Virus record (IMG/VR): IMGVR_UViG_3300030101_003884
DNA length: 56,623 nt
From: an uncultured virus (IMG/VR IMGVR_UViG_3300030101_003884)
Taxonomy: Duplodnaviria; Heunggongvirae; Uroviricota; Caudoviricetes
Direction: 5' to 3' (one strand)
In this document: positions 37,520 through 47,022 of the stretch, in pieces
How the letters are laid out: each line of letters starts with the position of its first letter
Position numbering within the stretch: position 1 is the stretch's first letter
The notes under the pieces: generated by a model
The model's database searches: none
Seen by the model: only the letters and a program-made list of their open reading frames with translations
What the model was told of the DNA's origin: nothing
Program-made: the position numbers and the translations under genes

Positions 37520-38395
37520 TTACTTGGCTGATATCAACTCATCGTAGAACTTACCTTGATACTGGTGTTCTCCAACATGGACAATAGCATCATTGATATA
37601 AGCGTGACATTTACCACCCAAATCTCTCCATAGTTTACAAAAAGCAAAATCTTCACCATTATAAGTCTTTTCTTTCGGATCATGAAGAGTATCAAAAAAG
37701 TTCCACATATTAGGTTTATTAACGTATTTTCCATTTATGACTGTTTTTTGAACTATTTCTTTTTCTGGATACTTGTCTATCATTTTAAGAATAACCTCTC
37801 TCTTAATTAACATACATCCCGTTGGAGAATCTGTGACTTCCATTATACCTTTTTTTAATTCTATATTATTAGGATTAGGCACTTTCATTGGATAAGTATG
37901 TAAAGATCTTCTTATGTCATCAGGTGATTTTATTTTACCTTCTTGCATTTTTTTAAAAGCTTTTTCCCACATAAGAGTTTTAAGAGGATAGGGCACAGAA
38001 ATTATATCTTTATCCGCTTTTAACATTGTAAATATAGATTTACCTTGAAAATAAATGTCAGAATCAATAAATAATAAATGAGTGGCTTTTGACTCTAGAA
38101 AACCAGCAACTGATAAATTTCTACCTTGTGTTACTAGAGATGATTTTACTAAATGAAAAGAAACTTTTAACCTTTTTTTAAAACATTCTTTTTGAAATTC
38201 TATGAGAGCTTGTGTGTAATGAATAGATACTTCACTATGTACAGGAGTAGCAACAAAAACTTCAAATTTTTTAAACTCATCATTATTTTGTTTCCATAGT
38301 GGTTCTTTAGCTTTTTCATAGTCTGACTGTGTTTCAATACTTACCTCTTGTAATGTTTGGTATGTATCCTCATTTATATATTTATCGTTTGACAC
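37520..38395 (-). CDS. GT-A fold glycosyltransferase
   Basis: VATP, SLVTQGRN, THLLFIDSDI (DxD), TGCMLIKR, GEDFAFC, HVG. Confidence 0.8.
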   Translation of the reverse strand: MSNDKYINEDTYQTLQEVSIETQSDYEKAKEPLWKQNNDEFKKFEVFVATPVHSEVSIHYTQALIEFQKECFKKRLKVSFHLVKSSLVTQGRNLSVAGFLESKATHLLFIDSDIYFQGKSIFTMLKADKDIISVPYPLKTLMWEKAFKKMQEGKIKSPDDIRRSLHTYPMKVPNPNNIELKKGIMEVTDSPTGCMLIKREVILKMIDKYPEKEIVQKTVINGKYVNKPNMWNFFDTLHDPKEKTYNGEDFAFCKLWRDLGGKCHAYINDAIVHVGEHQYQGKFYDELISAK

Positions 38396-39311
38396 TTAGG
38401 GCTCCTTTCAAAAAATTTTCCCACTCTATGGCTTTCTTATCCCAACTATAAAAATTTTTATAATATTTTTGTTGTTCGTTTAAATGGTTTTGTATTGTAT
38501 TAGTGTGTAAATATTCTGAACATACATCAATAGCACCAGCAACACTACCTGCTAATAATTCTAAATTTTTACTATAATTTACATACACTGGCCATTCAGC
38601 ACATGTTTCAGGTAAAGCTCCAAAGTTAGTAGTAATGACATGAAGACCCGCAGCCAGAGCTTCTAAAGCTGATACACAAAAGGTTTCTTCAAAAATAGAT
38701 GGATAAACAAACAAATCATAATCAGTCATATGTTCTAAAATATATTCATTTGGTTTGTATCCTATATAATTAACATTAGGTAATTGTTTAGCTTGATTAA
38801 ATAAATCATTAAAGTCTTTGTTTGCTTTGTTAGCAAACTCGCTGCCATACACTTCATTTGAACTATAAACATCTAACACAACTTTAGGATTTTTAATAAG
38901 TTGCATAGCTAACAACAATACGTTTAAGCCTCTCCAAGGTGTACAATGATGTATTATTTTTATTGTTTCACCTTGTTTGTATATTTTTCTTTGAGGAAAA
39001 TGATTTGCACCATTTTTTATTACCATACATTTATCTTCAGGTATTTGAAAAAAATACCTAAACTTTTCATAGTTCCAATGTGAATTGAATACGTACCAAT
39101 CATACTCATGATGCCTATCTTTATTTCTAAAAAATGCTTGTAGGTTTGGTTGATCCCAAGAATTTTTTTGCCAAAGAATATTTATCTTATTAGGGTCTAA
39201 AGGTACTTTACCTGGAATAGATGTGCATATTTGAAATTTGTTTAACAAGTCTTTAGAAACATATTTTTCTAAAAATTCATGTTGAATTTCTGTTGCCCCT
39301 CTAGCTTCCAT
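38382..39311 (-). CDS. GT-B fold glycosyltransferase (family 4-like)
   Basis: GATE, PWRGL, YPSIFEETFCVSALEALAAG. Confidence 0.85.
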   Translation of the reverse strand: MEARGATEIQHEFLEKYVSKDLLNKFQICTSIPGKVPLDPNKINILWQKNSWDQPNLQAFFRNKDRHHEYDWYVFNSHWNYEKFRYFFQIPEDKCMVIKNGANHFPQRKIYKQGETIKIIHHCTPWRGLNVLLLAMQLIKNPKVVLDVYSSNEVYGSEFANKANKDFNDLFNQAKQLPNVNYIGYKPNEYILEHMTDYDLFVYPSIFEETFCVSALEALAAGLHVITTNFGALPETCAEWPVYVNYSKNLELLAGSVAGAIDVCSEYLHTNTIQNHLNEQQKYYKNFYSWDKKAIEWENFLKGALSVKR

Positions 39312-39314
39312 GTA

Positions 39315-39515
39315 TTATTTTTTTGTTTTAGCTCCTATAGCACCAGCTCTAGTAACTTTTATTTCAAGATCTTGTCTAAAATCATCACTAGTAGTGTCAG
39401 TGTTAGGATCAGCAACATCAGCATCAAAAGCTTCTTTGGATTCGTAAACTTTACCAGTTCTTTTATGTTTGATTATTTCTTTTGCTTCTACAGGTATTTT
39501 AGGTATGTCATTCAT
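39315..39515 (-). CDS. Hypothetical protein
   Basis: KHKRTGKVY...DVADPNTDT motif. Confidence 0.7.
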   Translation of the reverse strand: MNDIPKIPVEAKEIIKHKRTGKVYESKEAFDADVADPNTDTTSDDFRQDLEIKVTRAGAIGAKTKK

Positions 39516-39517
39516 AA

Positions 39518-39646
39518 TTATCTTCCTTGTCGATTATATTTCTTATACGATCTTTTTTCGGATTTTGAAAGACTTTTTTTATGTCTACCAGGCCGTTTTC
39601 GAGGCTTTGGTCTTGGTACAAAGTTTACAAATTTTTGTCTAGCCAT
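39518..39646 (-). CDS. Small very basic protein (42 aa)
   Basis: Manual ORF MARQKFVNFVPRPKPRKRPGRHKKS...YNRQGR. Confidence 0.65.
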   Translation of the reverse strand: MARQKFVNFVPRPKPRKRPGRHKKSLSKSEKRSYKKYNRQGR

Positions 39647-39980
39647 TTTCTTGAGATCTATCTAACAATGCATAAGATATAATACCTTGTATTTCATCAG
39701 CGGTACCTGCAGTCATTTTTAAAATATCACTAGCTTCTAAAATTAATGTATGATTTATAATATCTTTAGTGGCTGACCCTGTAACAGATTCATTAAATAT
39801 CCTAAATGTTGAAGAAGCTGATGTATCTGTGACTTGCACATTTAAATTTACAGCACCGGAAGAACCATTGTTAATTTGTATTTGTTTAATTAACACTGTT
39901 GCATCAGATGGCGCAGTAAACACACTTATTGTTCCTGTAGAGTTTAAATTTATTCCTTCATTCTTGTATCTAATTGTCAT
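39639..39980 (-). CDS. Beta-rich tail-associated protein
   Basis: Ser/Thr-rich; LEASDILK. Confidence 0.65.
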   Translation of the reverse strand: MTIRYKNEGINLNSTGTISVFTAPSDATVLIKQIQINNGSSGAVNLNVQVTDTSASSTFRIFNESVTGSATKDIINHTLILEASDILKMTAGTADEIQGIISYALLDRSQENG

Positions 39981-40141
39981 GATATAAACCAGGTAAATGT
40001 ATCTTGTTCATTTTTTAATTCTTGTTGGTAAGACGTATTTAACTTATCTTGCATAGTTCGTAAAGACTGATTTATTTGTCTTTGATTTTCTTCAGTATAT
40101 CTAGGAGTTGGTTCTGGTATAACTATATCTACTCTAGCCAT
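39977..40141 (-). CDS. Small tail-associated protein (54 aa)
   Basis: Manual ORF MARVDIVIPEPTPRYTEENQRQ...TWFIS. Confidence 0.65.
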   Translation of the reverse strand: MARVDIVIPEPTPRYTEENQRQINQSLRTMQDKLNTSYQQELKNEQDTFTWFIS

Positions 40142-40604
40142 GTAATGCTGCTCCTCTCTCGGCGGAGGTTCCTGTGCTTTGATTAGATGTCATTCCTCCA
40201 TTACCTGTATTATATTGTCCAGCTTTGTAGGCTTCTTGAGCTGTGGGTTGCATAGCCATTATACCTACGGGATAAGTCGTTACATTACCTTGAGGATCGT
40301 TAAGTCTTAATCTTCTTGCTTCTTTTTGAGCTCTTCGATTTGCTAAATAATCTGAAATACCTAATGATCTTCCTGTTAATGCAGAAACTAAACCCAGAGG
40401 TGCAAAAATTGATGAACCTATACCAAGTATACTGGCTAGACCAGAAGCTTGAGCCATGTTTAAACCTACTTTCCCAGCTGCATAATCTAGGGCTTTATTT
40501 TTCGCAACATTTAACGCCATTCCTTTAAAATCAGGTCTCTCTTCTGTAATTAAAGGTTTAATCCCCATAGGTTGTATAGATTGATTCATTATATCTTCTT
40601 CCAT
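40134..40604 (-). CDS. Hypothetical protein
   Basis: ORF in structural operon. Confidence 0.65.
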   Translation of the reverse strand: MEEDIMNQSIQPMGIKPLITEERPDFKGMALNVAKNKALDYAAGKVGLNMAQASGLASILGIGSSIFAPLGLVSALTGRSLGISDYLANRRAQKEARRLRLNDPQGNVTTYPVGIMAMQPTAQEAYKAGQYNTGNGGMTSNQSTGTSAERGAALHG

Positions 40605-42763
40605 TATCCCCTCATACCATCTAATTGAACATCTGCTCTAAAAGTTCCAAAGCGCCAATTTTCATCTGTGCTAGTATTTGCAATTTTTAAACTTGCAAAT
40701 CTAGCTCTTGCCCGTGTGTCTACTTTCTTTGTTGATCCGGTGACCGTGAATGGTCCTAGTGGAGACGATGTTTCTGTATCAGCAGGAAAATCTCTCAACA
40801 AAATAGTAATTTGAGCATTACCTTGTATTGTTTTAAAATCGGGTACAAACCTTCTCATGCTCATAAAGAACTCAGCATTTGTGCCATCAGGATTTAAACT
40901 AAAATCCCCAGATTCAATAAAAGCTGGTATGGCAGTTTTATTACCAGAGGTGTCTACTTCATTAACACCTTTTTCATGTTCAAAATATTTAGTAGACCCA
41001 TTAATATTTGTAATACCTTGAACAGTCGGAAACGTAGGTAAGCCTGTAGAATTAAATTCTGTTGCATATGGATTTTCGTAAAGATTAGCATCAACCCAAG
41101 TAGTTCTCGATAAAGAGCCAGTCACCCATGTTCCATCTTGGTAATTATAACAAACATATCTATCATTAAAATCAGATGTTGCTTGTGGATAGTACCAACA
41201 AATCTCTTCGTATAAATGATTAAGACCCGCATACACTGATTCCCCTGCAGAAAAATTTACTCCTAGATTATTACCATTTTTAGTTGTAAATACAAAATCT
41301 TCAACTGCACAAGGCAGTGATTTTACTGTGCCGTCATAAACAAAAAAACCGCCAGATTCTCCCATCCAATAAACAATACCATTAACATATTTCATAGCGT
41401 GTTGACCAATACATCCGCAATTAGAACCCACTTGTCTAATAGAAAAGGTAAAGGGTGGTCCAACAAATTGCATTACGTATGCAGCATTATCCGTAACAAT
41501 AAATGTGTAATCTTTACCATGAACTGCACCTACTATTTTTGTGCCTGAGTCTAATCTAAAAGTTCCTGCTGTATTAACTGAAGTAGGTGTGTAATCAGTT
41601 ATATCTTCTTGATCTGAAAATCTAATAAACATTTTGTCTTGTGTTCCAGGAGTTCCAATAGTAGTTTCAGTTCCAAACATAATTAAATGTCTATCCCTAT
41701 CCGAAACTAATGACATAACAGATGCAGTTGGTGCATTTGATATTATTGCTGCTCTGGTAGTTAAAGCATTAGGATTTGAATTAATAGGATTCCAAGAAAA
41801 AGATTGACCATTTTTTATAGTAGCAATTAACTGTTCACCAAAATTATCTAAAGACCAAGATGCAGGATCTATTGAAAGAGTTTGTGATAATGATTCAATA
41901 CCCCATCCTGTAAATACTTCAACACCTGCACCGCTTGAGTGCGCAGATCTAGTTCCCGCTGCAGCTCTTGTAATACCAGTAAGATCGTTTGATGAGATTC
42001 CTGTATATGAAATAAATTCAGCTCCTACTTTGATCGTGCCAGTTGATGGAAACCCTGATGTTGATGTAAGAGTAATCGCTGTGCCAGATCCTCCTGTTCC
42101 AGCAGTGTCATCTAACAAAGCTCCATTTAATGTGCTAAACACTTGTTGTCCACCACCCCAAAGTCCTGTTCCCCATCCAAATCCAAACGTTGAACCTAAA
42201 GCTCCTGGTTTTATGTATGGAGTGATTGTTGCAGATCCTGATCCGTTGACCGTTGTCCCTGCTGCGCTAGACATTGTAATTGTAAACTCGTCACTGTTAG
42301 GAACAGTAACTACTTGAAAAGGATTTGTTGTAAAATCTGTGCCTGAATATCCTGCACCTGTTGGAGGAGTCACAGATGAAAAAAGAAAAATATCTCCTGG
42401 CTCTAAACCATGTGCGGGTTTGTTTACAGTTACTGTAGTTGATGTATTAACAGTATCAAATGTAATTCCTGTGATTGCTGTACCTAAAGGGGTAATGTCA
42501 AAAAAGGCACCTTCGTAATAAATCACTAATACCTTATTTGTGCCTATTGCAGCATATTTTCTACCATCAAGATCAGCCCAAATAAATTGTTCTCTTGCTG
42601 CTCCTACTATAGTATTTTCTAAAAGTTGTTCCCAACCACCTATTTTTTCTGGAAGACCATATCTGAACCTTACAAAATCACCATCAGTCCATTTACCTTC
42701 AGCTCCAGTCTGAGTGACTTGTTTATTAAATCCAGGGGCTATTTGTACTTTTGTTAAAGGCAT
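40604..42763 (-). CDS. Tail stabilisation/nozzle protein (P22 gp10 / T7 gp12-like)
   Basis: 719 aa beta-rich; VRFRYGLPEKIGGW, FIRFSDQE, TRARAR...WRFG. Confidence 0.75.
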   Translation of the reverse strand: MPLTKVQIAPGFNKQVTQTGAEGKWTDGDFVRFRYGLPEKIGGWEQLLENTIVGAAREQFIWADLDGRKYAAIGTNKVLVIYYEGAFFDITPLGTAITGITFDTVNTSTTVTVNKPAHGLEPGDIFLFSSVTPPTGAGYSGTDFTTNPFQVVTVPNSDEFTITMSSAAGTTVNGSGSATITPYIKPGALGSTFGFGWGTGLWGGGQQVFSTLNGALLDDTAGTGGSGTAITLTSTSGFPSTGTIKVGAEFISYTGISSNDLTGITRAAAGTRSAHSSGAGVEVFTGWGIESLSQTLSIDPASWSLDNFGEQLIATIKNGQSFSWNPINSNPNALTTRAAIISNAPTASVMSLVSDRDRHLIMFGTETTIGTPGTQDKMFIRFSDQEDITDYTPTSVNTAGTFRLDSGTKIVGAVHGKDYTFIVTDNAAYVMQFVGPPFTFSIRQVGSNCGCIGQHAMKYVNGIVYWMGESGGFFVYDGTVKSLPCAVEDFVFTTKNGNNLGVNFSAGESVYAGLNHLYEEICWYYPQATSDFNDRYVCYNYQDGTWVTGSLSRTTWVDANLYENPYATEFNSTGLPTFPTVQGITNINGSTKYFEHEKGVNEVDTSGNKTAIPAFIESGDFSLNPDGTNAEFFMSMRRFVPDFKTIQGNAQITILLRDFPADTETSSPLGPFTVTGSTKKVDTRARARFASLKIANTSTDENWRFGTFRADVQLDGMRG

Positions 42764-42829
42764 AAGGTATTATACCCTAGAAAGAATATTATTTAAATAC
42801 TGTCTAAATTAAGATATATAACAAGCTTT

Positions 42830-43375
42830 ATGGATCATACTGAATTTATAATGGAGATTAAAAAAATAGTTTCCCCTGAATTTATCAAAATTATGAAACC
42901 TTTTATAGATCACAAAGCAAAAAAAAACCTTACAATTTTAAGTGGTATTAATAAAAATATTAGGGACGTAAGAGGATTTTCTTTAAATCTAAAAACTCCT
43001 ACCAATATATTTTATTGGAATTATGTAAAATCTGAAATACAAAGGTTATATACTTTTTACAAAATAAAGTTTCCACAAATGTCTAGTGAAAAAATTGATC
43101 AGATTGATTTGTTAAAATATTCAAGCGGTGGAAAATACGAGGTGCATACAGATCATTATACTACCTCTCCTAGACATTTAAGTATTATTATAAATCTTAA
43201 TAATGATTATGAAGGAGGTGATTTAATTTTTACAGATCAATATAAGAATGAAATAAAAAGATTAAAGCTAGATAAAGGATCTATAGTATTTTTTCCAAGT
43301 AATTTTATGTATCCACACTTAATTGAACCAATTACGAAAGGGACTAGATATAGTATAGTAGCATGGCTGCAGTAG
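42830..43375 (+). CDS. 2OG-Fe(II) oxygenase (prolyl-4-hydroxylase-like)
   Basis: HTD...YEGG...FPSNFMYPH...GTRYS. Confidence 0.9.
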   Translation: MDHTEFIMEIKKIVSPEFIKIMKPFIDHKAKKNLTILSGINKNIRDVRGFSLNLKTPTNIFYWNYVKSEIQRLYTFYKIKFPQMSSEKIDQIDLLKYSSGGKYEVHTDHYTTSPRHLSIIINLNNDYEGGDLIFTDQYKNEIKRLKLDKGSIVFFPSNFMYPHLIEPITKGTRYSIVAWLQ

Positions 43376-43875
43376 ATTATAAATTAATAAAAAACTTTTT
43401 TAATAAAGATGAATTAAAAGTTTATCAAAAATATTGTTATAATAGATTAGATCTAAATAAAGATTATGTTATAGGTAATCAATCATTTTCCCCCTCTTGG
43501 TATAAAGATCCATTAATGTCTTCTATATTGGAAGAGAAACTTACATTTGTAGAAAAATTATCAAATTTAAAATTATTTCCAACTTATGCCTATTGGAGAT
43601 ATTATATTTTTGGGGCTACATTATTAAAACACTCTGATAGAAAGGCTTGTGAAATAAGTGTAACTATCTGTATCAAAAAATATGATAATTGGCCTATAAT
43701 TGTTGAAGGAACATCTTTTGAATTAGAAGAAGGTGATGCTGTTTTATATGCTGGATGTGATCAAAAACATCAAAGACCAGGTGTATATAAGGGCGAAGGT
43801 ATGGCTCAATTATTTTTACATTATGTAAATCAAAACGGACCTTATAAAAATTACGCTTATGATAAATTAAATTAA
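43363..43875 (+). CDS. 2OG-Fe(II) oxygenase-like protein
   Basis: HSDRKACEISVT...GD...Y.G...HQR...QLFLHYV. Confidence 0.8.
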   Translation: MAAVDYKLIKNFFNKDELKVYQKYCYNRLDLNKDYVIGNQSFSPSWYKDPLMSSILEEKLTFVEKLSNLKLFPTYAYWRYYIFGATLLKHSDRKACEISVTICIKKYDNWPIIVEGTSFELEEGDAVLYAGCDQKHQRPGVYKGEGMAQLFLHYVNQNGPYKNYAYDKLN

Positions 43876-43880
43876 ATACT

Positions 43881-44453
43881 ATGCAATTTAGAATTATTGA
43901 AATAACCGAAACAGAAAAATTTCAATTTTTAAAAATTTTTAAAAATGGTAATACGAGTGTGCAACACTGTATAGAAGACACATATCCAGGAAAATTTTGG
44001 AATTCAACAGCACCTGCTGGAAAAAAACCTAGATTTGCAATTATTAGAGAACCTTACGAAAGATTTATGTCTGGACTTATTTATGATGCTGAAAATCATA
44101 AAATAAATATTAAAGACATTAACTTTAAAAAAATATTTACAACTAATGAATTTCATATAAGAAACCGTTTATTTGGAAATATTAATCATAGCAGTTCACA
44201 AATCCCTTATTTAATGAATACAGGAATTACACATTATATAGACTTAGATGATTTAGATATATTTTTAAAAATGCATTTTGGAAAAACTTTAAATTTATTA
44301 CAAAATAATTCTAAGGAAAAAACAAAAGAAATAGAAAAAATTTTGGACAAAAAAGAAATATTAAAGTATCTTCATTTAGATAATTTTGTTTATAACTCTA
44401 TTAAACATTCTCCCTTTTTATGGCAATGGCAACATGGTAAAATTTTCGAATGA
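43881..44453 (+). CDS. Sulfotransferase family (Sulfotransfer_2)-like protein
   Basis: FLKIFKNGNTS (5'-PSB-like) and IREPYERFMSG (3'-PB-like), H..SQ. Confidence 0.65.
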   Translation: MQFRIIEITETEKFQFLKIFKNGNTSVQHCIEDTYPGKFWNSTAPAGKKPRFAIIREPYERFMSGLIYDAENHKINIKDINFKKIFTTNEFHIRNRLFGNINHSSSQIPYLMNTGITHYIDLDDLDIFLKMHFGKTLNLLQNNSKEKTKEIEKILDKKEILKYLHLDNFVYNSIKHSPFLWQWQHGKIFE

Positions 44454-44977
44454 AAAATTATAGAATTTTTAAAAACTTTATAAACGAGGAGGAGTGCAAT
44501 ATTTTATCCAGTTGGATTATGGATAATAAAGATAATGTGTTTTTTACAGATGCAAATATGAAAGGTAGAAGATTAACTACTAGATATTCTAATAATTTTA
44601 AGTTTCCACCTATTTCCTATCAAATACAAAAAAAAATTATAAAAAAATTAAAATTAAAAAACTTTTATTTAGCTAATTTTAAAGACGGGATGGTTGCTAG
44701 TTATGCAGAACCAGGAGATACATGTTATCTTCATAAAGATCCTGTTTGGGTTGAGGATACTATTACCATACATGCAAATATAAAATTATCTAATAATGAG
44801 GGTGGAGAGCCTATTATTGAAGATGAAAAAATTAAATTAAATAAAAAAGATATGTGGACATATCCAGTATCTAATGTTAATCATGGTTCTGATATTGTTT
44901 TAGGAGAAAAACCAAGGATTATGTGGGTGTTTGGTTTTTCAATTAATAAAAAAACATGCCAATCTATTTATGAATGA
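44450..44977 (+). CDS. 2OG-Fe(II) oxygenase
   Basis: HKD...EGG...H...R. Confidence 0.75.
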   Translation: MKNYRIFKNFINEEECNILSSWIMDNKDNVFFTDANMKGRRLTTRYSNNFKFPPISYQIQKKIIKKLKLKNFYLANFKDGMVASYAEPGDTCYLHKDPVWVEDTITIHANIKLSNNEGGEPIIEDEKIKLNKKDMWTYPVSNVNHGSDIVLGEKPRIMWVFGFSINKKTCQSIYE

Positions 44978-45563
44978 AAAAACAGTAAATATTAACAATT
45001 TTATTGGTGTATACGATAACTACATAACACCTGAAGAATGTAACAAAGCCATTAAATTATACGAAGATCAAAATAAATTTAATAATACAGTTAATAGAAT
45101 AGGATCAGAGAAGTCTTCTATACTTCAAAAACAAGATCAACAATTTTTTGCAGCTCCTTGCAATCTTGAAATTTGGTGGGAGGATTTAAAATCAATGATG
45201 GTTAATTTTGATTTAGCTTGGAATCATTATATTAAAAATGTTGGAGCAGACGATGCATATGGAGTTCCGTTTAATTTTACTGATTTAAAAATACAAAAAA
45301 CTTTACCTACTGAAGGGTATCATGTTTGGCATATTGAACATGGTAAAGGACGTAGTAATGAGCCTAGAGCTTTTGTTTTTTCTATTTATTTAAATGATAT
45401 AGAAGATGGAGGAGAGACTGAATTTTTACATTTTTCAAAAAGAGTAAAACCTAAAACTGGAAGAATACTTATATGGCCTGCAGGTTTTCCGTATGTGCAT
45501 AGAGGTAATCCTCCTCTATCAGGTGAAAAATATATTTTAACCTCCTGGATGATGTTAAGGTGA
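44970..45563 (+). CDS. 2OG-Fe(II) oxygenase
   Basis: WHIE...YLND...GGETEF...WPAGFPYVHRG...KY. Confidence 0.9.
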   Translation: MNEKTVNINNFIGVYDNYITPEECNKAIKLYEDQNKFNNTVNRIGSEKSSILQKQDQQFFAAPCNLEIWWEDLKSMMVNFDLAWNHYIKNVGADDAYGVPFNFTDLKIQKTLPTEGYHVWHIEHGKGRSNEPRAFVFSIYLNDIEDGGETEFLHFSKRVKPKTGRILIWPAGFPYVHRGNPPLSGEKYILTSWMMLR

Positions 45564-46072
45564 TAAAAATAATTGATAATTTTTTTAACAATGATGAATT
45601 AAAAAAAATTCAAACACATATAACTACTAAAATATGTTTTACTCCTCGATGGCTTACGGGAAAAGAAAAAACAAAAGAAAATTACTATGGTGATAGATTT
45701 ATATTAAATCAAGACCCTAAATTAAAAGAAATTTTTATTAAACAAGCGGAAAATAAATTTAACATTAAGATAAATAAATTAGAGGATGACAGTGGACTTG
45801 ATTTAAGAAACTTAGATAATTTTCAACCTCATACAGATGGTATTTACAAAATAAATATTTTAGTAATGTTATATGGCCCTGTAGCTGTTACAAATGGTAC
45901 AGTGTTTTATCATGGAACTCCAGAAAAGTGTGAATTAGATATGCATGTTGGTTTTAGACCAAACAGAGCTATTTTATTTCCTTCAAATTGGATGCATTCT
46001 AGTCATGCAAGTAATGTTCCAAATCTGAAAAGATATACTGCTAGTTTATTTATAATTGATTATGAAGAATAA
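45560..46072 (+). CDS. 2OG-Fe(II) oxygenase-like protein
   Basis: IIDNFF, PHTD, GTVFY, NRAILF...H...R. Confidence 0.8.
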   Translation: MIKIIDNFFNNDELKKIQTHITTKICFTPRWLTGKEKTKENYYGDRFILNQDPKLKEIFIKQAENKFNIKINKLEDDSGLDLRNLDNFQPHTDGIYKINILVMLYGPVAVTNGTVFYHGTPEKCELDMHVGFRPNRAILFPSNWMHSSHASNVPNLKRYTASLFIIDYEE

Positions 46073-46437
46073 GAAGTGGGTCTTGCCCCTAATCTAGCGA
46101 TTTTATCTTCTTCGCTTTCTCCATCAACATTATCATTATCCCAATCTAATTGAAGTTGATTTAAATGTGCTGAATCCCATCTATTTGTAAATTCACTAAA
46201 ATCTCCTAAATTAGCTTCTGCATAACTACAATGAGGTGTTGTATCTCTATGTTCTACTTCATCAGATGCTGGGTTAGTACCATGTTGTATAGCCCAAATA
46301 TTAGAAAATTTAGAATCATTCCAAAAAGCATCATCTTCAATTACATATGATTGTGGACTACCATTATCTTGTTTTACTGAATGATTCATTATTTTTTTGT
46401 CATCAAATATTACAGTCCAATTTGCACTAGTTGCCAT
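46060..46437 (-). CDS. Putative tail fibre assembly protein
   Basis: Directly follows the collar-domain gene; IWAIQ...EVE. Confidence 0.55.
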   Translation of the reverse strand: MATSANWTVIFDDKKIMNHSVKQDNGSPQSYVIEDDAFWNDSKFSNIWAIQHGTNPASDEVEHRDTTPHCSYAEANLGDFSEFTNRWDSAHLNQLQLDWDNDNVDGESEEDKIARLGARPTSYSS

Positions 46438-46445
46438 TTTTTCTC

Positions 46446-47021
46446 CTAAGTTTTAATAATATATATCAAAGTTAAATAAGGTTGTAAAACAGAAGTTGAA
46501 TCACCAGTAAATGTTGCACTCATATTGTGTTGGTGTCCCGATCCAGAACCTGTATTTTCACTTGTTATCGATGGTTGAGATGTATTCAGTGTCCTTGCAA
46601 GTCTACCTGGAGCATAATTTCCTGGTCCTGATCCCCTAGGTACTTGGTGACTGTGTGATGCAAGTTGTGCGGTTGATAAAGAAGCGTTAGCTGTTGTACC
46701 TCCAACATTTCCTGTTGATTGAACCGTTTCAGCTCCACCAGTAGATGCTAAAGCTTTGTTATTTGATTTACTTAAAACAGTTCTGTCAGCTAAATTTGGT
46801 ACATTAAATGTTGAAGCACCATCACCAGATCCATAAGTTGTTCCTACGATTGCAAATAGTGCTGAGTAAGTTGATCTTGAAACTGCTGATCCATCACATT
46901 CTAAAAATCCAGTTGGCACTGAAGATGAGGACCATGGCACAATTGTTGCGGTAGGTATTCCCTCAATACCTGTAAGATTTGCTCCTGTAAAATCATATCT
47001 AGTTGCTTCGTAATTTGACAT
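46446..47021 (-). CDS. Tail fibre protein with phage tail collar domain
   Basis: PTGFLECDGSAVSRSTYSALFAIVGTTYG...FNVP; QPYLTLIYIIKT. Confidence 0.85.
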   Translation of the reverse strand: MSNYEATRYDFTGANLTGIEGIPTATIVPWSSSSVPTGFLECDGSAVSRSTYSALFAIVGTTYGSGDGASTFNVPNLADRTVLSKSNNKALASTGGAETVQSTGNVGGTTANASLSTAQLASHSHQVPRGSGPGNYAPGRLARTLNTSQPSITSENTGSGSGHQHNMSATFTGDSTSVLQPYLTLIYIIKT

Positions 47022-47022
47022 A

